In this document: in pieces, positions 10,011-19,649 of the stretch
Layout: each line of letters begins with the position of its first letter
How positions within the stretch are numbered: the first letter of the stretch is position 1
Source: Alphaproteobacteria bacterium
GTDB lineage: Bacteria; Pseudomonadota; Alphaproteobacteria; Bin95
DNA: 64,000 nucleotides
Reading direction: 5' to 3'
Assembly (NCBI GenBank): GCA_965205265.1
Contig: CBDBGH010000003.1
Span: 5,344,001 to 5,408,000 of the forward strand
Position numbers and translations under genes: made by a program
The notes under the pieces: model-generated
The model's database searches: none
The model's input: only the letters and a program-made list of their open reading frames with translations
What the model was told of the DNA's origin: nothing

Positions 10011-10038
10011 TTGACACGCCCTGCGTTCCACCTACACT
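10011..10038 (+). promoter_or_regulatory. Sigma70-like promoter for lipoprotein copy 2
   Basis: TTGACA (10011) -16 bp- TACACT (10033), AT-rich tract upstream, AAAGGAG RBS near 10082. Confidence 0.65.
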
Positions 10039-10096
10039 TTGCCCGGAGTTTGCATCGGGGACCGGCGAGGCGTTCCTGCTGAAAGGAGAAGGGTTC

Positions 10097-12745
10097 ATGA
10101 GAATTGTGAAGCATTGGGCGATCGCGGTCATGGCCGCCACGGCTCTGGGGCTTGCCGGCTGCGGCGGGGGCGGAAGCTCGCCGTCGACGACGACGCAGAT
10201 GCCGGCGCAGACGCAGACGCCCTACCAGAAGGCGGACGCGGCCATCAAGGCGGCCACGACGGACGCTGCGGTCGACAAGGCCGTTGCCGATGCAACGGCC
10301 GGCGTTTCCGGCGAGGAGCTCGCGAAGCTTCAGGCGGCGGCTGCGGCGCGCAAGACGGTGCTGGCGACGATGGCTCGCGAGATGGATCAGAAGAAGGCGC
10401 TGATGGACGCGCTCGCCGAGGTCGACACGTCCGACCTGTCGGACGCGGACAAGCTCGCCGCGGCCAAGGCGGCCATCGCGGCTCTCAAGGAGGCGCTGGA
10501 CGATGCGGGCGACGTGAGCGATGCCAACAAGGCGACGTATCGGACGCAACTGGCCAGTGCCCAGACAGCCGTGGACCGGAAAGAGCAGATGAACGCGCTT
10601 TCGGGGGCTTCCGGAAAGCTCGACATGGCTCTTGCGGCGTTTGCGGGCGTGACGCCCACGAAGGCGCAGCTCGACGCCGCCATGGCCGCTCTCAGAGAGC
10701 TGAAAGCGGCGATCGCGGGCGCCGAGGATCTGACCGACGACGAAAAGGACCGGTATCAGGCTCAGGCGGACCGTGCGGACGCTGACGACGGGCAGATCAA
10801 GACGGCGCAGGGCCATTACCACGATCATGTTGTCAAGAACATCGAGGGCACCCAGGTCGCGGCGGCCATGGAGGCGGTCAAGATGGTCACGAACACGTCC
10901 GGCGACGACACCGTGACGGACGCCCAGGCCGCCATCGACGCGGCCAAGGCGGAGATCGAGGGCGCAAACATCCCCGAGTCTGAAAAGGCGAAGCTTCGCT
11001 CGAAGATTGCCATGCATCAGGGCGCGCTCGACCGGGCCAAGGACTCCCGCATGGCGGCCAAGGCCGAGGAGACCCGCATCGCCGGCGTCGTCACGACGAT
11101 CACGGACGGCGAGATTAAGGCGGTCATGGACGCGATCGCCAGGATCACGTCCCTGTCCGAGGAAAGCACCGTGACCGACGTCGAAGCCGCCATCGCGGCG
11201 GCCAAGACGGCGATCGCGGACGCGAACATCCCCGAGGCCAACAAGGAGTTGCTGCGCACGAGGCTCGCCCTGCAGGAGGACGCCTTCGGCGACGCCAAGA
11301 CGGCGCGCATGGACGGGCACAGGATGGGCCGGGCGCTGTACGCGGCGATGGGTCCGTCCGATGACACAACGGCCCCGGTGAACGCGCTGAACAACCTCGC
11401 GACCGTCCCGTACTACATCACCAGTATCACCGATAGCCAGCACGACGCCCCGGCGGAGGCGACCGGTCAGAGGGGCGAGCGGGGGGACTTCCGCATCGAC
11501 CCCGCGGCCGGCGCGGGGAGCATCGCGACTGCGAACACCCACACCGCCGTGTACTTCAGGCACGGCGCGGAGGGGCGCCCCGGGCACGACACGACCATGG
11601 ACAAGGTGGGCCGGTGGAACGTCACGCACTACGAAAGGACCACCGGCTCCGGCAGCATGAAGGTCACCGACAAGGTCCGGGTGTACAACGACCGGCAGGG
11701 CGGCCCGCTGGAGAGATGGGGTGTCGTCCCGATGGATGCCGCGAAGTTCTTCAAGGACGACACCGACTGGATCAACAAGGGGACCTACGAGCCGTTCGTA
11801 TCCGGCAACAGCGGCCCAAAACACGCGCGCAGACTGACCCTGGGCACCGGGGTCGACCGGGCGATCGCATCCGCCACGTTCGACAAGTGGACCGTCGGGA
11901 TAGGGTCCGTGACCGCTCCGAAGCCGGCCGACGGGGGCGCGGAGATCAAGGTCCCCGGCACCTACTACGGCGCGCCGGGCAACTACTTCTGCCCCGCAAG
12001 CGGCACCTGCACGGTCGGGACCGGGGTCGGAGGAGGCGGGTTCGGCGGCTACTTCATGTCCGCCGACTGGTACTTCGTCCACGACGCGGGCGCGAAGGTG
12101 CTGGAAAGGGACCTCAGCTACATGTACTTCGGCTGGTGGGTGCGGAACGACGCCGACGGCATGCCGGCGGCGGTCAGCGCCTTCTACCAGTCCGTCGGCG
12201 GGGGCGTCGATCTCGCCACGGACGGCAAGAGCCTGAACGTCAACCGAGGCAGGGCGGCGACCTATGAGGGCCCCGCGATCGGCTGGTACGCCATCAACGA
12301 CCCGCTCAACGAGAAGGGCGGCGGTGGCGAGTTCACGGCGACGGCCACGCTGAAGGCCCAGTTCGGGACCGCCAACCTGAACGCCGACACGGGCCTGACC
12401 GGCACGATCCACGACTTCAGGCTGAAAAACGGGATGAAGAACGACTGGAGCGTGACGTTGAACAAGGCGGCCTGGACCACCGACCCCAGCTTGGCCACCG
12501 ATGCCCAGAAGGGCCACATCGTCAACACGGAAAAGACGGTGTGGTCGATCAACGGCAACAAGGCGGCGCCGGCCGGGAGCTGGGTGGCCAACCTGTATGA
12601 CGACAAGCCCGGCACGGTTGAGAATGGCGGCGACGGCAGCAACCATCCGACCGCGATCATGGGCAAGTTCCAGGCCGAACACGGCGGCACCCACCGGATG
12701 GTCGGCGCCTTCGGCACGGAGCTTCAGACGCCGACGACGGAGTAG
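10097..12745 (+). CDS. Large TbpB-barrel surface lipoprotein, copy 2 (identical to copy 1)
   Basis: Identical 882-aa translation; directly upstream of a Slam gene. Confidence 0.82.
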   Translation: MRIVKHWAIAVMAATALGLAGCGGGGSSPSTTTQMPAQTQTPYQKADAAIKAATTDAAVDKAVADATAGVSGEELAKLQAAAAARKTVLATMAREMDQKKALMDALAEVDTSDLSDADKLAAAKAAIAALKEALDDAGDVSDANKATYRTQLASAQTAVDRKEQMNALSGASGKLDMALAAFAGVTPTKAQLDAAMAALRELKAAIAGAEDLTDDEKDRYQAQADRADADDGQIKTAQGHYHDHVVKNIEGTQVAAAMEAVKMVTNTSGDDTVTDAQAAIDAAKAEIEGANIPESEKAKLRSKIAMHQGALDRAKDSRMAAKAEETRIAGVVTTITDGEIKAVMDAIARITSLSEESTVTDVEAAIAAAKTAIADANIPEANKELLRTRLALQEDAFGDAKTARMDGHRMGRALYAAMGPSDDTTAPVNALNNLATVPYYITSITDSQHDAPAEATGQRGERGDFRIDPAAGAGSIATANTHTAVYFRHGAEGRPGHDTTMDKVGRWNVTHYERTTGSGSMKVTDKVRVYNDRQGGPLERWGVVPMDAAKFFKDDTDWINKGTYEPFVSGNSGPKHARRLTLGTGVDRAIASATFDKWTVGIGSVTAPKPADGGAEIKVPGTYYGAPGNYFCPASGTCTVGTGVGGGGFGGYFMSADWYFVHDAGAKVLERDLSYMYFGWWVRNDADGMPAAVSAFYQSVGGGVDLATDGKSLNVNRGRAATYEGPAIGWYAINDPLNEKGGGGEFTATATLKAQFGTANLNADTGLTGTIHDFRLKNGMKNDWSVTLNKAAWTTDPSLATDAQKGHIVNTEKTVWSINGNKAAPAGSWVANLYDDKPGTVENGGDGSNHPTAIMGKFQAEHGGTHRMVGAFGTELQTPTTE

Positions 12746-12802
12746 CCGCACGGGGCCGGGCTCCCGTTCATGCGGGAGGCCGGCCCGGTTCCCGGTCGTG
12801 AC

Positions 12803-12837
12803 AAGGGTGGCGCGTTTCCTGCGCCGCCCTTCTTTTT
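12803..12837 (+). terminator. Rho-independent terminator between cargo and Slam
   Basis: AAGGGTGGCGC-GTTTCCT-GCGCCGCCCTT-CTTTTT. Confidence 0.75.
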
Positions 12838-12876
12838 CGATCGGGAGCCCGGACGGCAAGCGATGCGACAGACGCG

Positions 12877-14151
12877 ATGAGACCTTTCCGGTTCCTTGTT
12901 CCCGTGCTGGCGGGGCTGTCGGTCCTGCTTGTTGCGGCGCCCGTCGCGCGCCCCGCCCTGGGCCAGGATGCGACCGACATGCGCTTCCGGGCCGGGATGG
13001 AGGCGCTTGCCGCCGCCGATGCCGCACCGGACCGGGAAGCCCGCGAGGGCAGGCTCGACGAGGCGGTCGCCGCCTTCCGGGCCATCCTGGTGGACCGCCC
13101 GGAGCTGGTGCGGGTGCGTCTCGAACTCGCCCGCGCCTTCTTCCTGAAGGAGGAGGACACGCTGGCGCGGCGGCATTTCGAGCAGGTGCTGGCGGGCGAC
13201 GTGCCCCCGGCGGTCGCCGCCAACATCCGGCGCTTCCTCGACATCATCCGCGCGCGGCGGCGCTGGGAGGCGTGGTTCGGGGCGGCCATCGTCCCGGACA
13301 GCAACCTCAACGCCGCCTCGGGCGAGCGCACGGTCTTCCTCGACACCCCGTTCGGCCGGCTGCCTTTCACCCTGGACGATCCCGCGAAGCCCGAATCCGG
13401 CCTCGGCGTCTCCTTCTGGGGCGGCGGCGAATACCAGCATCCGCTGAACGACCGCCTGCGCCTGCGCGCCGGGGCGGACGCCAGCGTCCGGGAATACAGG
13501 GGCGGGGAGTTCGACCGGCATTTCCTTGCCGCCCATGTCGGCCCGCGCTGGCTGATCGACGCCCGCACCGAAGCGAGCCTGCTGGCGACCGCGGACCGGC
13601 AATGGACCGCCGGCCGGCCCGAGACCGACAGCGTCGGCCTGCGCCTCGAAGGCGAGCATCTGCTGACGCCGCGCCTCGCGCTCTTCGCCCGCGCCGGCGC
13701 CGCCCGGCGCAACTGCCGCGGCTGCGACTGGCTCGACGGCCCGGTGGGCGACGTCTCGCTCGGCGCCAACTGGGCCGCGCTGACCATCCTGCGCCTCGGC
13801 GGCAATGCCGGCTGGAGCTGGGCCCGCGCCAGGGCCGAACACTGGCGCAACAGCGGCCCGCGGGCGAGCCTCGGCGCCACGCTGGCGCTGCCGGCCGGCT
13901 TCACGCTCGGCCTGCGCGCCGCCCTGCAGCGCACCGACTATGAGGGCGGCGGCGCCGCCCACCGCACCATCGACCGCAAGCCGCGCCGGGACGACACGCG
14001 GACCCTCTCGGTCTCGGTCCACAACCGCGCCGTGACCGTGCTCGGCTTCAGCCCCCGCCTCTCCCTCATCCGCGAGGAGCGCAAGACCAACGCCCAGGCC
14101 CTCGACTACCGGCGCAACCGCGCCGAACTCAGCTTCGTGCGCCAGTTCTGA
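12877..14151 (+). CDS. Slam / DUF560 outer-membrane translocon (type XI secretion)
   Basis: Signal peptide, TPR-like RVRLELARAFF...ARRHFEQVL, PDSNLN motif, amphipathic beta strands, terminal Phe. Confidence 0.85.
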   Translation: MRPFRFLVPVLAGLSVLLVAAPVARPALGQDATDMRFRAGMEALAAADAAPDREAREGRLDEAVAAFRAILVDRPELVRVRLELARAFFLKEEDTLARRHFEQVLAGDVPPAVAANIRRFLDIIRARRRWEAWFGAAIVPDSNLNAASGERTVFLDTPFGRLPFTLDDPAKPESGLGVSFWGGGEYQHPLNDRLRLRAGADASVREYRGGEFDRHFLAAHVGPRWLIDARTEASLLATADRQWTAGRPETDSVGLRLEGEHLLTPRLALFARAGAARRNCRGCDWLDGPVGDVSLGANWAALTILRLGGNAGWSWARARAEHWRNSGPRASLGATLALPAGFTLGLRAALQRTDYEGGGAAHRTIDRKPRRDDTRTLSVSVHNRAVTVLGFSPRLSLIREERKTNAQALDYRRNRAELSFVRQF

Positions 14152-14384
14152 ACGAACCCGGCCGCGGCGCGCCGAAAGGGGCCGGCCGTCCGGAAAGGGT
14201 GGACCCGACCCGCAGGACATGCCACAACGTGTCCTGGACAGGGCCCCGGGCTCGCGGGCAGGAGGACAAGGAAGCGGCAGGCGGGAAGACCGGAAACCGT
14301 TGCAAAACAAGGGTTCCCCGGCAACCTCCCGCAACGCCAACCGGAAAGCGAAAAGGCATCACAGATGCGTCGGGTGTGAGAACC
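14152..14384 (+). repeat. Non-coding module end with att-like site at 14356-14384 (near-identical copy 48461-48687)
   Basis: Direct repeat of 48461-48687; contains CAGGACA..TGTCCTG and CCGTTG-N5-CAAGGG dyads; ends GATGCGTCGGGTGTGAGAACC. Confidence 0.85.
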
Positions 14385-14741
14385 GAGGCCGCCCCGGGCG
14401 GTCGGGACGGCTGAGTCTGCGGCATTGACGATGGGGGAATCGACGCCGGCGAGAGCGGCGGAGGGGAGCAGCCGCGGGGTGTGAGCGGCGTCGTCGGGCG
14501 CGGCGTCCGAGGCATTCATGCGGAGCATGATGCGAGGGCGCGCGGGCGGCAGTGCGCCGGGTTCGGCGCAGTGGCCGGTGCACTCATGCGCGGCATGGTG
14601 CAGCGTCGGGTGACGCGGATGCGGAGCCCGAGCGCGGCGCGGAGCGCGCGCGAGGATGGCGTTGCAGCGACCGGTGTGCGCACGCGGAAACGGGCCGCAC
14701 TGCCGCCGGAGCGACGGTGCGGCCCGCGAGAGTGTTGCGGA

Positions 14742-15659
14742 TTAGGCGGCGCAGCGCATGACCGGGATGCCGAGCTGGCGCGCCTTGTCGACGAGGTTCT
14801 CGGTGATGCCGGAGCCGGGGAAGGCGATGACGCCCTTGGGCAGGAGGTTGAGGAGTTCGTCGTTGCGGCGGAAGGGTGCGGCGCGCCCGTGGCGGTCCCA
14901 GTCGGGCTTGCAGACGACCTGGTGGACGCCGTTCCGCTCGGCCCAGCCTGCGGCGATCTTCTCGACGCCGGGGCCGCCGCCGTGGACGAGGACGATGTCG
15001 GCGTACTTGGCGCGGGCCTGGTCGAGGCGTGCGATGACGGCGGCGGGGTCGGCGATGTCCCTGCCGCCGGCGATGGCGACGAGGGTGCCCTGCGGCAGGT
15101 GGGCGGCGGTCTTGCGGTCCTTGCGGGCGCGGATGAAGTCGCGGGCGTCGATGCTGGCGGAGGTCAGCTTGCCGGTTTCGGAGACGTGGCTGCCGCGCCG
15201 GGGGCGCCAGACCTCGCCGGTGGCGTCGCGGTAGGCGTCGGCGGCGATGTCGCGCAGGGTCTCGAAGGCGTCGCGGCGGTCTCCGAGGTTCTGTGCGCGG
15301 TCGGTGACGAGTTCGAGTTCGCGGGACTTGATCTCGGAGCCGTCCTGTTCGCGCTGGAGGTCGCGGAGTTCGGGGGTGAGCCTGTCGGCGGAGCGCTCGA
15401 TGCGCTGTGTCTGGGCGTGGAGCATGTTGACGAAGCCCCAGAGCAGGCTCTCGCGTTCGTCGGCGAGCTGTGTGCCGTCGGGGCAGACGTCGTTGGCGAT
15501 GACGCGGAAGGCGTCGGCGACGGCGTCGATGGCGCCGTCCTGGTCCCAGATGGCGCGGGTGTCGAACTCGTCGCGCTCGGGGGTGGCGCCGAACAGCGCC
15601 GCGTTCTCGCAGACGGTTGCGGTGACGGAGTGCCCGGTGCTCTCGATGATGGTGTTCAT
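14742..15659 (-). CDS. DUF2493 / SLOG-type protein
   Basis: C-terminal VAIAGGRD...LVHGGGPGVEKIAAGWA...AAPFRRNDELL...FPGSGIT; AAGGAG RBS before MNTIIE. Confidence 0.85.
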   Translation of the reverse strand: MNTIIESTGHSVTATVCENAALFGATPERDEFDTRAIWDQDGAIDAVADAFRVIANDVCPDGTQLADERESLLWGFVNMLHAQTQRIERSADRLTPELRDLQREQDGSEIKSRELELVTDRAQNLGDRRDAFETLRDIAADAYRDATGEVWRPRRGSHVSETGKLTSASIDARDFIRARKDRKTAAHLPQGTLVAIAGGRDIADPAAVIARLDQARAKYADIVLVHGGGPGVEKIAAGWAERNGVHQVVCKPDWDRHGRAAPFRRNDELLNLLPKGVIAFPGSGITENLVDKARQLGIPVMRCAA

Positions 15660-16130
15660 GTCGATCTCCTTGATCGTTTTCACGTCCGGGGCCGATCCCC
15701 GGTGTGGTGTCCTGTTGGGTCACGCGCGCGCAGCGGAACCACCGGGTCCGGAATGAATGGCCCGATGGGGTGCGCGAGTGGTGCGGGCGCACAAGCGACC
15801 GCAGGGAGCGCGGAGCCACGGTCGCGCGCCGCATCGGGCCTAGGCGCGCGAGCGCCGTTTCATTGCGAGTCCCGGCCGGAGCGGAGCGGAGGACCCGCGC
15901 AGCGGGTTGGTGGAGTGAGCACGTGTGTCACAATGGGACATCACAGCGGGGTGGCGTATCTGTTTCCACACGCACGGACCCCTTGGGCGGTTCCGCCCGG
16001 CACGGCCTCCGGGAGTGCTCCCGGACCTGGCCGCCGGGCGTGCAAGCGGAGCGCGCAGGGAGCGCCAGCGACCGGAGGCATCGCCCGGACGATCCCCGCG
16101 CCGTTCGATGGGGCGCCGATGGACAGCCGG

Positions 16131-16358
16131 TCACCCCCACAGAGGATGCGAGAGGATCCGCTGCCCGGCCACCTCGCGGATGCGGTCGCGGTCATGGACG
16201 CGGCAGGGACCGCGCGGATCCTCGTCGAGATGGATGACGTAATACCGCGCGCCCTCGCGCAGCGGATCGTCGCGGGCGCAGACGTCGCCGACATGGTCGC
16301 CGTCGCAGTAGATGCGCGACCGGTCCGGGGCGATGCGGCGGAAGGCGATGGCGCTCAT
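16131..16358 (-). CDS. Small hypothetical protein
   Basis: MSAIAFRRIAPDRSRIY...; ATGA overlap with the upstream gene. Confidence 0.6.
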   Translation of the reverse strand: MSAIAFRRIAPDRSRIYCDGDHVGDVCARDDPLREGARYYVIHLDEDPRGPCRVHDRDRIREVAGQRILSHPLWG

Positions 16359-16690
16359 GACGCGCGCCCCTGCGCCAGCTGCCGCGCCGCCCAGGCCGCG
16401 GCACGGGCCAGCACATGGCCGTGACAGGGCAGCGGCGCGCACCAGCAGGCGAGGCGGCGGCCATGCAGCGCGGCCAGCGCCTCCAGATCGATCTCGCCGG
16501 CGCGGATGCGCCGCCAGAGATCGGCGCGGTAGCGCGCGATCGCCTGGGCGCGGTCCTGGCCGGGGCCGATCCGGAACGGATTGCCCCAGGGCGTGCGGCG
16601 GTCGATCAGGACGGCGGCGTCCTGCACCGGCTGGCGGGCGAGCAGCGCGCGCAGCGCGGGTGCGTGCTTCAGGTTGATGACGGCATCCAT
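16355..16690 (-). CDS. DUF4326-like protein
   Basis: IDRRTPWGNPF...LHGRRLACWCAPLPCHGHVL. Confidence 0.85.
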   Translation of the reverse strand: MDAVINLKHAPALRALLARQPVQDAAVLIDRRTPWGNPFRIGPGQDRAQAIARYRADLWRRIRAGEIDLEALAALHGRRLACWCAPLPCHGHVLARAAAWAARQLAQGRAS

Positions 16691-16756
16691 CGACTTTCTC
16701 CTCTCTTCGGGGCGGCTTGCCCGGCCTCCGCATTCCTCTCCCTCCCCCGGACCGGG

Positions 16757-17731
16757 TCAGGCGCCGGGGCGGAACAGGGGTGCGAGGCGGGCGCGCAGCG
16801 CCGCCGCGCCGAGCCCGACCAGGTCGTCGTTGAAGTCGTTGCCCTGAGGGACGATCACCGTGGCGGCGACGCCGGCCCGCGCGGAGCGCCGGGCGAGGCG
16901 TTCGGCGGCGCGCGCGCCCTCCTCGTCGTTGTCGCGCGCGATCACCAGGCGGGCGAGGCCGGGCGGAGGCGCGAACGCGCCGAGGCTGCCGGCCGAGAGC
17001 GCCGCCGCGGCACGGATTTCCGGCACGGCGGCGACCAGCGAGAGCACGGTCTCGATGCCCTCGCCGACGACGAGCGCAGCGTCGTCGGCAGGAACGCCGA
17101 AGCGCACCGCGAGGCCGTGGATGCGGCCGAGCGCCTTGCGCGGATGCGCGACCCCCGCCTTGGCGGGCCGGCGCGGATCGAGCCAGGTGCGCTGGACGCC
17201 GAAGAGCCGGCCGTCGCCGCCGGTGACGGCGGCGACCAGCGCCGGGAGATGGCGCACCGAGGCGCCTTCGCGGTAGCGAAGGGCCGGGTGGAAGCGCAGC
17301 GCCGCGAAGCGGCAGCGGCTGAGCCCGCGGGCGTGGAGATAGCGCTCGGCATGGCTGCCGTCGAGAGCGCGGCAGCCGCGCCACAGGCGGCGCGCCGCCT
17401 CGGTGGCGTCCCAGGGGTCGTCCGATGCCGTTGCCGGCGCAGCCGGCACGGCGAGGAAGCGCCGCGCCTCGTCGAGGGCCGCGCGCAGCGTCGGCGCGCG
17501 GGAGCGGTGGCGAATGATGTCGAGCAGGTCGCCGTGCTCGCCGGAGGCGGCATCGGTGAACTTGCCGGGCGTTCCGGGGCCGGAGAGGCGGACGAAGAGC
17601 GAGCGCCCGCGAGCGCCGTCGAGATCGCCGCAGATCCAGTAGCGGCCCTGGCGACGGCCGTGGGGCAGGTAGTGGCGGCAGACCGCCTCGGCGCGCGCCG
17701 CGAGCGCGGCGGCGAGGGCGCCGGCGTTCAT
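16757..17731 (-). CDS. Toprim-domain primase-like protein
   Basis: GVQRTWL, VGEGIETVLS, VIARDNDEEG, NDFNDDL. Confidence 0.85.
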   Translation of the reverse strand: MNAGALAAALAARAEAVCRHYLPHGRRQGRYWICGDLDGARGRSLFVRLSGPGTPGKFTDAASGEHGDLLDIIRHRSRAPTLRAALDEARRFLAVPAAPATASDDPWDATEAARRLWRGCRALDGSHAERYLHARGLSRCRFAALRFHPALRYREGASVRHLPALVAAVTGGDGRLFGVQRTWLDPRRPAKAGVAHPRKALGRIHGLAVRFGVPADDAALVVGEGIETVLSLVAAVPEIRAAAALSAGSLGAFAPPPGLARLVIARDNDEEGARAAERLARRSARAGVAATVIVPQGNDFNDDLVGLGAAALRARLAPLFRPGA

Positions 17732-17906
17732 GGCCGGCCCCCGGCGGGACGGCGGCGGAACCTGTCATCGGGCATGGCGGGACTCCTGCATGGGAACGGA
17801 ACGCCCGATACCGGCCGGCCTCCGCCTCCGGCCGGCGCCGGAGAAGGCGCGCGCCGCGCGAAGCGCGGACGCGCCATGGAACCGGGGACGCCTCCGGACC
17901 GGCAGC

Positions 17907-17935
17907 AAAAAAAGACCGGCGCCGAAGCGCCGGCC
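17907..17935 (-). terminator. Terminator after ssb
   Basis: Minus strand GGCCGGCGC-TTCG-GCGCCGGTC-TTTTTTT. Confidence 0.75.
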
Positions 17936-17961
17936 AGGCCGGGGAGGAAGCATGACGCCGA

Positions 17962-18408
17962 TCAGAACGGAATCCGGTCGCCGTCCATGTCGGCGGGCGC
18001 CGCAACCGGAGCGGCGTCGCCCGCCATGTCCGGGTCGGGCTGCGGCCGGGAGCCGTTGGCCTTGTCGAGGAACTGGACGCGCCCGCCCGGGACCAGCAGG
18101 ATCTCGGTCGAGAAGCGGTCGGAGTCCTCGCCCTCCTTCTTCCAGCGCCGGGTCTGGAGCTTGCCCGCGACGTAGACCAGCCGGCCCTTCACCGCGTGCT
18201 TCACCAGCATGTCGATCAGCCCGTCCTGGAAGGTGACGATGCGGTGCCACTCGGTGCGGTCGACCCGTTCGCCGGTCTTGGCGTCGATGTAGGACTCGTC
18301 GGTGGCGATCGACATGTTGGCGACGCGGCCGCCGCTCTGGAGGTGATTGACGGTGACGTCGGCGCCGAGGCGACCGATCAGTTCCGCGCGATTGAGACCG
18401 AAGGCCAT
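17962..18408 (-). CDS. ssb: Single-stranded DNA-binding protein
   Basis: LNRAELIGRLGAD, TEWHRIV, KGRLVYVAGKLQTRRW, acidic DGDRIPF tail. Confidence 0.95.
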   Translation of the reverse strand: MAFGLNRAELIGRLGADVTVNHLQSGGRVANMSIATDESYIDAKTGERVDRTEWHRIVTFQDGLIDMLVKHAVKGRLVYVAGKLQTRRWKKEGEDSDRFSTEILLVPGGRVQFLDKANGSRPQPDPDMAGDAAPVAAPADMDGDRIPF

Positions 18409-19379
18409 GGGATATCTCCTTGCAAGGCTGGTTGCTGACGATGGGTGCGAACGGCCGGGGCCGGGGTCACTCTCCCGAACCCCCGACCGTTCAATCTCCT
18501 CAAGCCCTCCTCCACCTCCGGCAGGCCGGGGCGGACGCGGGAGCCGGGAAGAGGTCCGCGATGCGCCGTTCGGGAAACACCGCCTCGCGGTCGGCGCAGC
18601 GCAGCGCCCGGTCCTCGGCGATCACTTCGCGCACGCAGGCGGACGGGATGCCAAGCTCGGCGAGCAGTTCGCCGGTCTGATCGTCGAGGGAATGGTCGGG
18701 ATGGAACATGGGCGGGGTCTCCTCTGCCGTGGCCCGGCATCGGCGCGGGGGACCCACTCCCTCCGCCCTGCCGGGCATTCGCCCGACAGGCGCTCCTCTC
18801 CGCCTCTACGCCCCGAACCGGATCGGTTTCTCCCACTGCCCGCCAAGTAGGATCGCGCCGTTGCGCGCGTGCAGCTTGCGGACGGCCGGCGAACACCGCG
18901 TCCAGGCCGGATGCAGCGGCGCGGCGTTATCCATGCGGGCCGGCAGTTCGGCCCGTCATGCCCGTTGTCGCCCCGCCACGGCAGCCACAGCGTCCGCCGG
19001 CCGGCGCTCCGGCTGCGAACGCGCTGTGCGCTCCATCCGCGCCGCCGCTCGCCAGATGCCAGCCGGTGCGCGCCAGCCATCCCGCCATCACCGTCATGTC
19101 CGCCAGCACGGCCATCGGCACCGCCCGCGCCCCGATGCCGGCGTAGGCCGGTGTCGTCATGTTCCGCCTCCACCGGTTGCAATCCCGCCGTTCTCTTGCC
19201 GGCCGGGTCGGCGGTGCAAGCGATGCGCTGGTTCGGAGCGCCGGGCGAGGCGATGGCAGTGTCGGGTTTGCTTGCCGTCACCCGCCCCTGCGGCCTGCCG
19301 ATCCGGATCGCATGTCTGTGGCGCACGGGAAGCGGCCAGCGCCGACGGCGACGGGCCGGCTGCGCAGCGGGACGGCGCT

Positions 19380-19649
19380 TCAATGCCACGGATCGCTCTC
19401 GGGATCGTCGTCCTCGGCGTGCATGGAGGCGGCGGCCATGGCGGTCCAGGCCGCGCGGTCGTATCCGAGGCGGCGGTTGAGCTTGTCGCAGATGTTCAGG
19501 GCATCGTCGAGGTTCAACGCGATCAGAGCGGTCGGCACATGGCCGGCCAGCCCTTCGATGACGATGCGGATCTGCTGAACGTCGGTCTCGACATCGTAAG
19601 CCGGGACGAAGCAGAAGTCGGGCTCGTCGGGCAGGGTCTGCGCAGTCAT
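19380..19649 (-). CDS. Small hypothetical protein
   Basis: 89-aa ORF with AAGGAG RBS, co-oriented with the backbone. Confidence 0.6.
   Translation of the reverse strand: MTAQTLPDEPDFCFVPAYDVETDVQQIRIVIEGLAGHVPTALIALNLDDALNICDKLNRRLGYDRAAWTAMAAASMHAEDDDPESDPWH

Larger units (their letters stand above)
9547..12832 (+). repeat. Right arm of 3,286-bp inverted repeat
   Basis: Reverse complement of 1998-5283. Confidence 0.95.

Noticed and set aside
4898-14384. Integron or shufflon interpretation
   Set aside because: No attC-like cassette array and no set of short sfx-type repeats with alternative C-termini; only one site pair was found
15700-16130. Possible ssDNA promoter or oriT upstream of DUF2493
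   Set aside because: Structured-looking, but no specific nic or promoter motif could be supported
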